The notes under the pieces are model-generated. The model was not told where the DNA came from and made no database searches. It saw only the letters and a program-made list of their open reading frames with translations. The translations under genes were made by a program, and so were the position numbers. A DNA stretch of 39,107 nt from Octopus bimaculoides (Eukaryota): positions 41,588,327 through 41,627,433 of the forward strand of contig NC_068985.1 of assembly GCF_001194135.2 (NCBI RefSeq), given 5' to 3'. Below, one piece after another: positions 35,873 to 39,107 of this stretch (position 1 is the first letter of the stretch; each line of letters opens with the position of its first letter).

Positions 35873-36279
35873 GGAGTGGCTGTGTGGTAAGTAGCTTGCT
35901 TACCAACCACATGGTCCCGGATTCAGTCCCACTGCGTGGCATCTTGGGCAAGTGTCTTCTACTATAGCCTCGGGCCGACCAAAGCCTTGTGAGTGGATTT
36001 GGTAGACGGAAACTGAAAGAAGCCCGTCGTATATATGTATATATATATGTATGTGTGTATGTGTTTGTGTGTCTGTGTTTGTCCCCCCAACATCGCTTGA
36101 CAACCGATGCTGGTGTGTTTATGTCCCCGTAACTTAGCGGTTCGGCAAAAGAGACCGATAGAATAAGTGCTAGGTTTCTAAAGAATAAGTCCTGGGGTCG
36201 ATTTGCTCGACTAAATGCGGTGCCCCAGCATGGCCACAGTCAAAAGACTGAAACAAGTAAAAGAGTAAAAGAGTAAAAG
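35873..36279 (+). mobile_element. SINE family B, full-length reference copy
   Basis: tRNA-like head, CORE-like accttgggcaagtgtctt-type segment, internal (TA/TG) microsatellite, 3' module and (gtaaaaga) tail. Resembles described octopus tRNA SINEs (OR1/OR2/OK class); exact name not verified. Confidence 0.9.
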
Positions 36280-36440
36280 AACCATAAAGCTGGCGTGGAT
36301 AGTAGAGTAGATTGAGTTCACTTTCGTATTCAGATGGAACTGAAATTATGAAGTCAAATCTGACAAGACGAGCTTGGATTTAAACTCAGTCGATCCTACT
36401 GGAGTTTCACCGTTTCTGATTGTCATTACATCTATGTATT

Positions 36441-36636
36441 GATTTCAAATTTTAGCACAAGGCAGCAATTTCGGCGGAGTGGATAAGTCGATTACATCGA
36501 CTCCATAACTCAACTGGTACTTATTGACCCTGAAAAAAAGTCGACTCCGGCGGAACTTGAACTCAAAACGTAAGGATGGACGATATGCCGGTAAGTATTT
36601 TGCCCGGCGTGCTAACGATTCTGCCATCTCGCAGCC
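36441..36636 (-). mobile_element. SINE family A
   Basis: Aligns with the other family A copies. Confidence 0.85.
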
Positions 36637-36836
36637 TTTCTAAATTTATATAGTAATATCTATACCATTAAATCAATACCGTATCATAATTTCATCATGA
36701 GTATGCACGTAGTTGAAAATCTCAATGGATGTCGGCGACTTTCTGTAAACGAAAGTCCTTACACATCGCTGCCACTGTTTTATCGAAGACATTAATGTTA
36801 TCTTTTGTAGATAATATTAAATAAAATTGCATACAG

Positions 36837-36905
<69 letters not shown>

Positions 36906-37264
36906 AACACACATACAAACACATCCTGTTTCTCTGTCTTCGCAGTACGCACACACACACACACGCTTGTGCACACGCGCATTCACGTGCGTACATATAC
37001 ACATACATATGTATGTTTGTGTATCAGTGTATATATACATGTACAAAGAAATATATATATAATATTTATTTGTTATCTTGGAATAATATCATATTGCATT
37101 ATCTTTCTACCATCTCTCTCTCTCTCTTTACACACACATATAATACATAAGTGTGTGAATGTTGTGTGTGTTTGCATATGTGAAAAATATTAACAAAAAT
37201 GTGTGTGTATGTGTGTACACGTGCGCCCGGATACACATACAAGTACACTTATACATGTAACTGA

Positions 37265-37340
<76 letters not shown>

Positions 37341-37965
37341 AAAGATGTTATATGATCTGGCACTGGTTTTTCTGTATTCGTCTTTATGTTTAATACTTTT
37401 ACTGCTCTGCTCGTCCTAGCGTGTAGGAGACATGTTGGACTTAGCAAAAGCAAAAGAGAGAACGAGTAGCTTCCTACGTCCTGGGCCTTCTTGTATATGG
37501 ATTAACTATTCCGCAGTCATTTAAGACGGCTAGAGGATTAACATTCCAGATCTTTCTTTTGCTTTGAAGTCTTCCGAGTCTGAGCCTTTTACTGTGACAC
37601 ATAAGAAGGCAGCGTTTTCCTTTTAACTTTTCAGCTTCCCCCTAAAAAGCTGTTCTAGTTAATGATATTACTTTGTTTTAACGTCTGCTTTTCGCTTACA
37701 GATTCACAGCACTACTTTTTATCTAATTTGCTTTTTTCTTTTCCTTTTCCTTAAACAAAAAAAAAATGTTAACCTACCCAGTTATGTATTGGTGGCTGCA
37801 CCGGAATCGGCAATATTATGATATGTCTTTGTATTATTTTTATGCGTTTACTATATTATTATTTTGTTTTTCTTCAATTTGCCCGAGTACCGAATTAACT
37901 TTGAACTACAAACAAAAAGTAACGTATCCTTCCGCGATCATCAACTATTGTTGATAGACTTTTTG

Positions 37966-37997
<32 letters not shown>

Positions 37998-38025
37998 CCT
38001 ATCTTTCTATCTACCTATCTATCTA

Positions 38026-38078
<53 letters not shown>

Positions 38079-38273
38079 TGTCTGTTTGTCTGTCTGTCTG
38101 TCTGTCGGTTTGACTGCTGTCTGTCTACTATGTCCTATATTTATTTATTTTATGTAAATATATTTTGTCTTATTTTTTAATCTCTATACATATGTTCAAA
38201 TATCACACACATTTACATATATATGCATATGTATAAGTACGTGTGTGTATATATACACATACACACACAAACT

Positions 38274-38332
<59 letters not shown>

Positions 38333-38451
38333 GCGTATCCCCTGCCTTGGACACTCATTTCGTGGAGTTGACAAAGAGTGTGTGCATGTGTGTGTGTATG
38401 TTTGTATGTCTGTGATAGAAAGAGAGAAAGAGCAGAGAAACAAACCTATGC

Positions 38452-38550
38452 ATGACTCGTACTTTATTTATCGGCCTTGGAAGAATGAAAGGTAAACTTG
38501 ATTCCGGTGGTATTTGAAGCTGGAGTTCTGAGAGGGCTGGAACGAACACC
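38452..38550 (-). mobile_element. Decayed SINE family A fragment
   Basis: atgaaaggtaaacttgattccggtggtatttgaa resembles atgaaaggcaaagtcgacctcggcggaatttgaa. Confidence 0.55.
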
Positions 38551-38935
38551 GCAGGGTCAAACAACACGGCCAATTCCTGCATTGTACATGCATTCATATA
38601 CAGAAACAGATGTATACAGGTACGCACGCACGCATGCACAGACACTCAAATATGTATGTATATGTGTGTATGAGTGAATGTGTGCGTATGTGTTTATAAA
38701 TAAGCATATATATACATATACACACACACGTATATATATATACATATTTATATGTATGTCTGTCTGTCGGTTTGACTGCTGTCTGTCTACTATGTCCTAT
38801 ATTTATTTATTTTATGTAAATATATTTTGTCTTATTTTTTAATCTCTATACATATGTTCAAATATCACACACATTTACATATATATGCATATGTATAAGT
38901 ACGTGTGTGTATGTATACACATACACACACAAACT

Positions 38936-38967
<32 letters not shown>

Positions 38968-38969
38968 CA

Positions 38970-39009
<40 letters not shown>

Positions 39010-39107
39010 GCTCTGCATTGACAAGGGGCAACACCCTGAAACTAGTCTGCAGATGCCAAACCAGCAGGGGGACACTGCTGACCTCCCCTGTTCGAAGGTT
39101 ATAAAGG

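Noticed and set aside
38755-38960. Near-identical 200-bp duplicate of about 38093-38300
   Set aside because: One mismatch, bounded by microsatellites; most likely a haplotype or assembly artefact unless long reads confirm it.
39061-39077. CTCF-like ccagcagggggacactg
   Set aside because: Mismatch at the conserved C after the G run, single occurrence, and context cut by the window edge.

Overview
AT-rich, microsatellite-saturated animal nuclear DNA from a gapped draft assembly (13 N-runs). The tRNA-derived SINE families and the RTE/Dong/Penelope mix point to an octopod cephalopod (inference from sequence recognition, no database search). I find no supportable host protein-coding exon; nearly all listed ORFs are microsatellite or gap read-throughs. 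The window is a layered transposon landscape: several SINE families (three copies with 17-19 bp TSDs), RTE LINE 3' ends including a TSD-flanked copy with three C2H2 zinc fingers, a Dong/R4-like 3' end next to (TACA)n, a decayed Penelope RT, a non-autonomous Helitron and a nested TIR element. Best leads: (1) a 657-bp Penelope-type inverted repeat (16147-16803) whose arms each carry a minimal hammerhead ribozyme motif with a non-canonical CCGAUGA core and a palindromic stem III, plus a 52-bp filler apparently copied from the neighbouring RTE; (2) a second hammerhead core at 9801; (3) a 1-kb nested foldback whose inner TIRs carry octamer + CCAAT motifs; (4) an ETS/CRE/NF-Y promoter-like cluster at about 34.6 kb.
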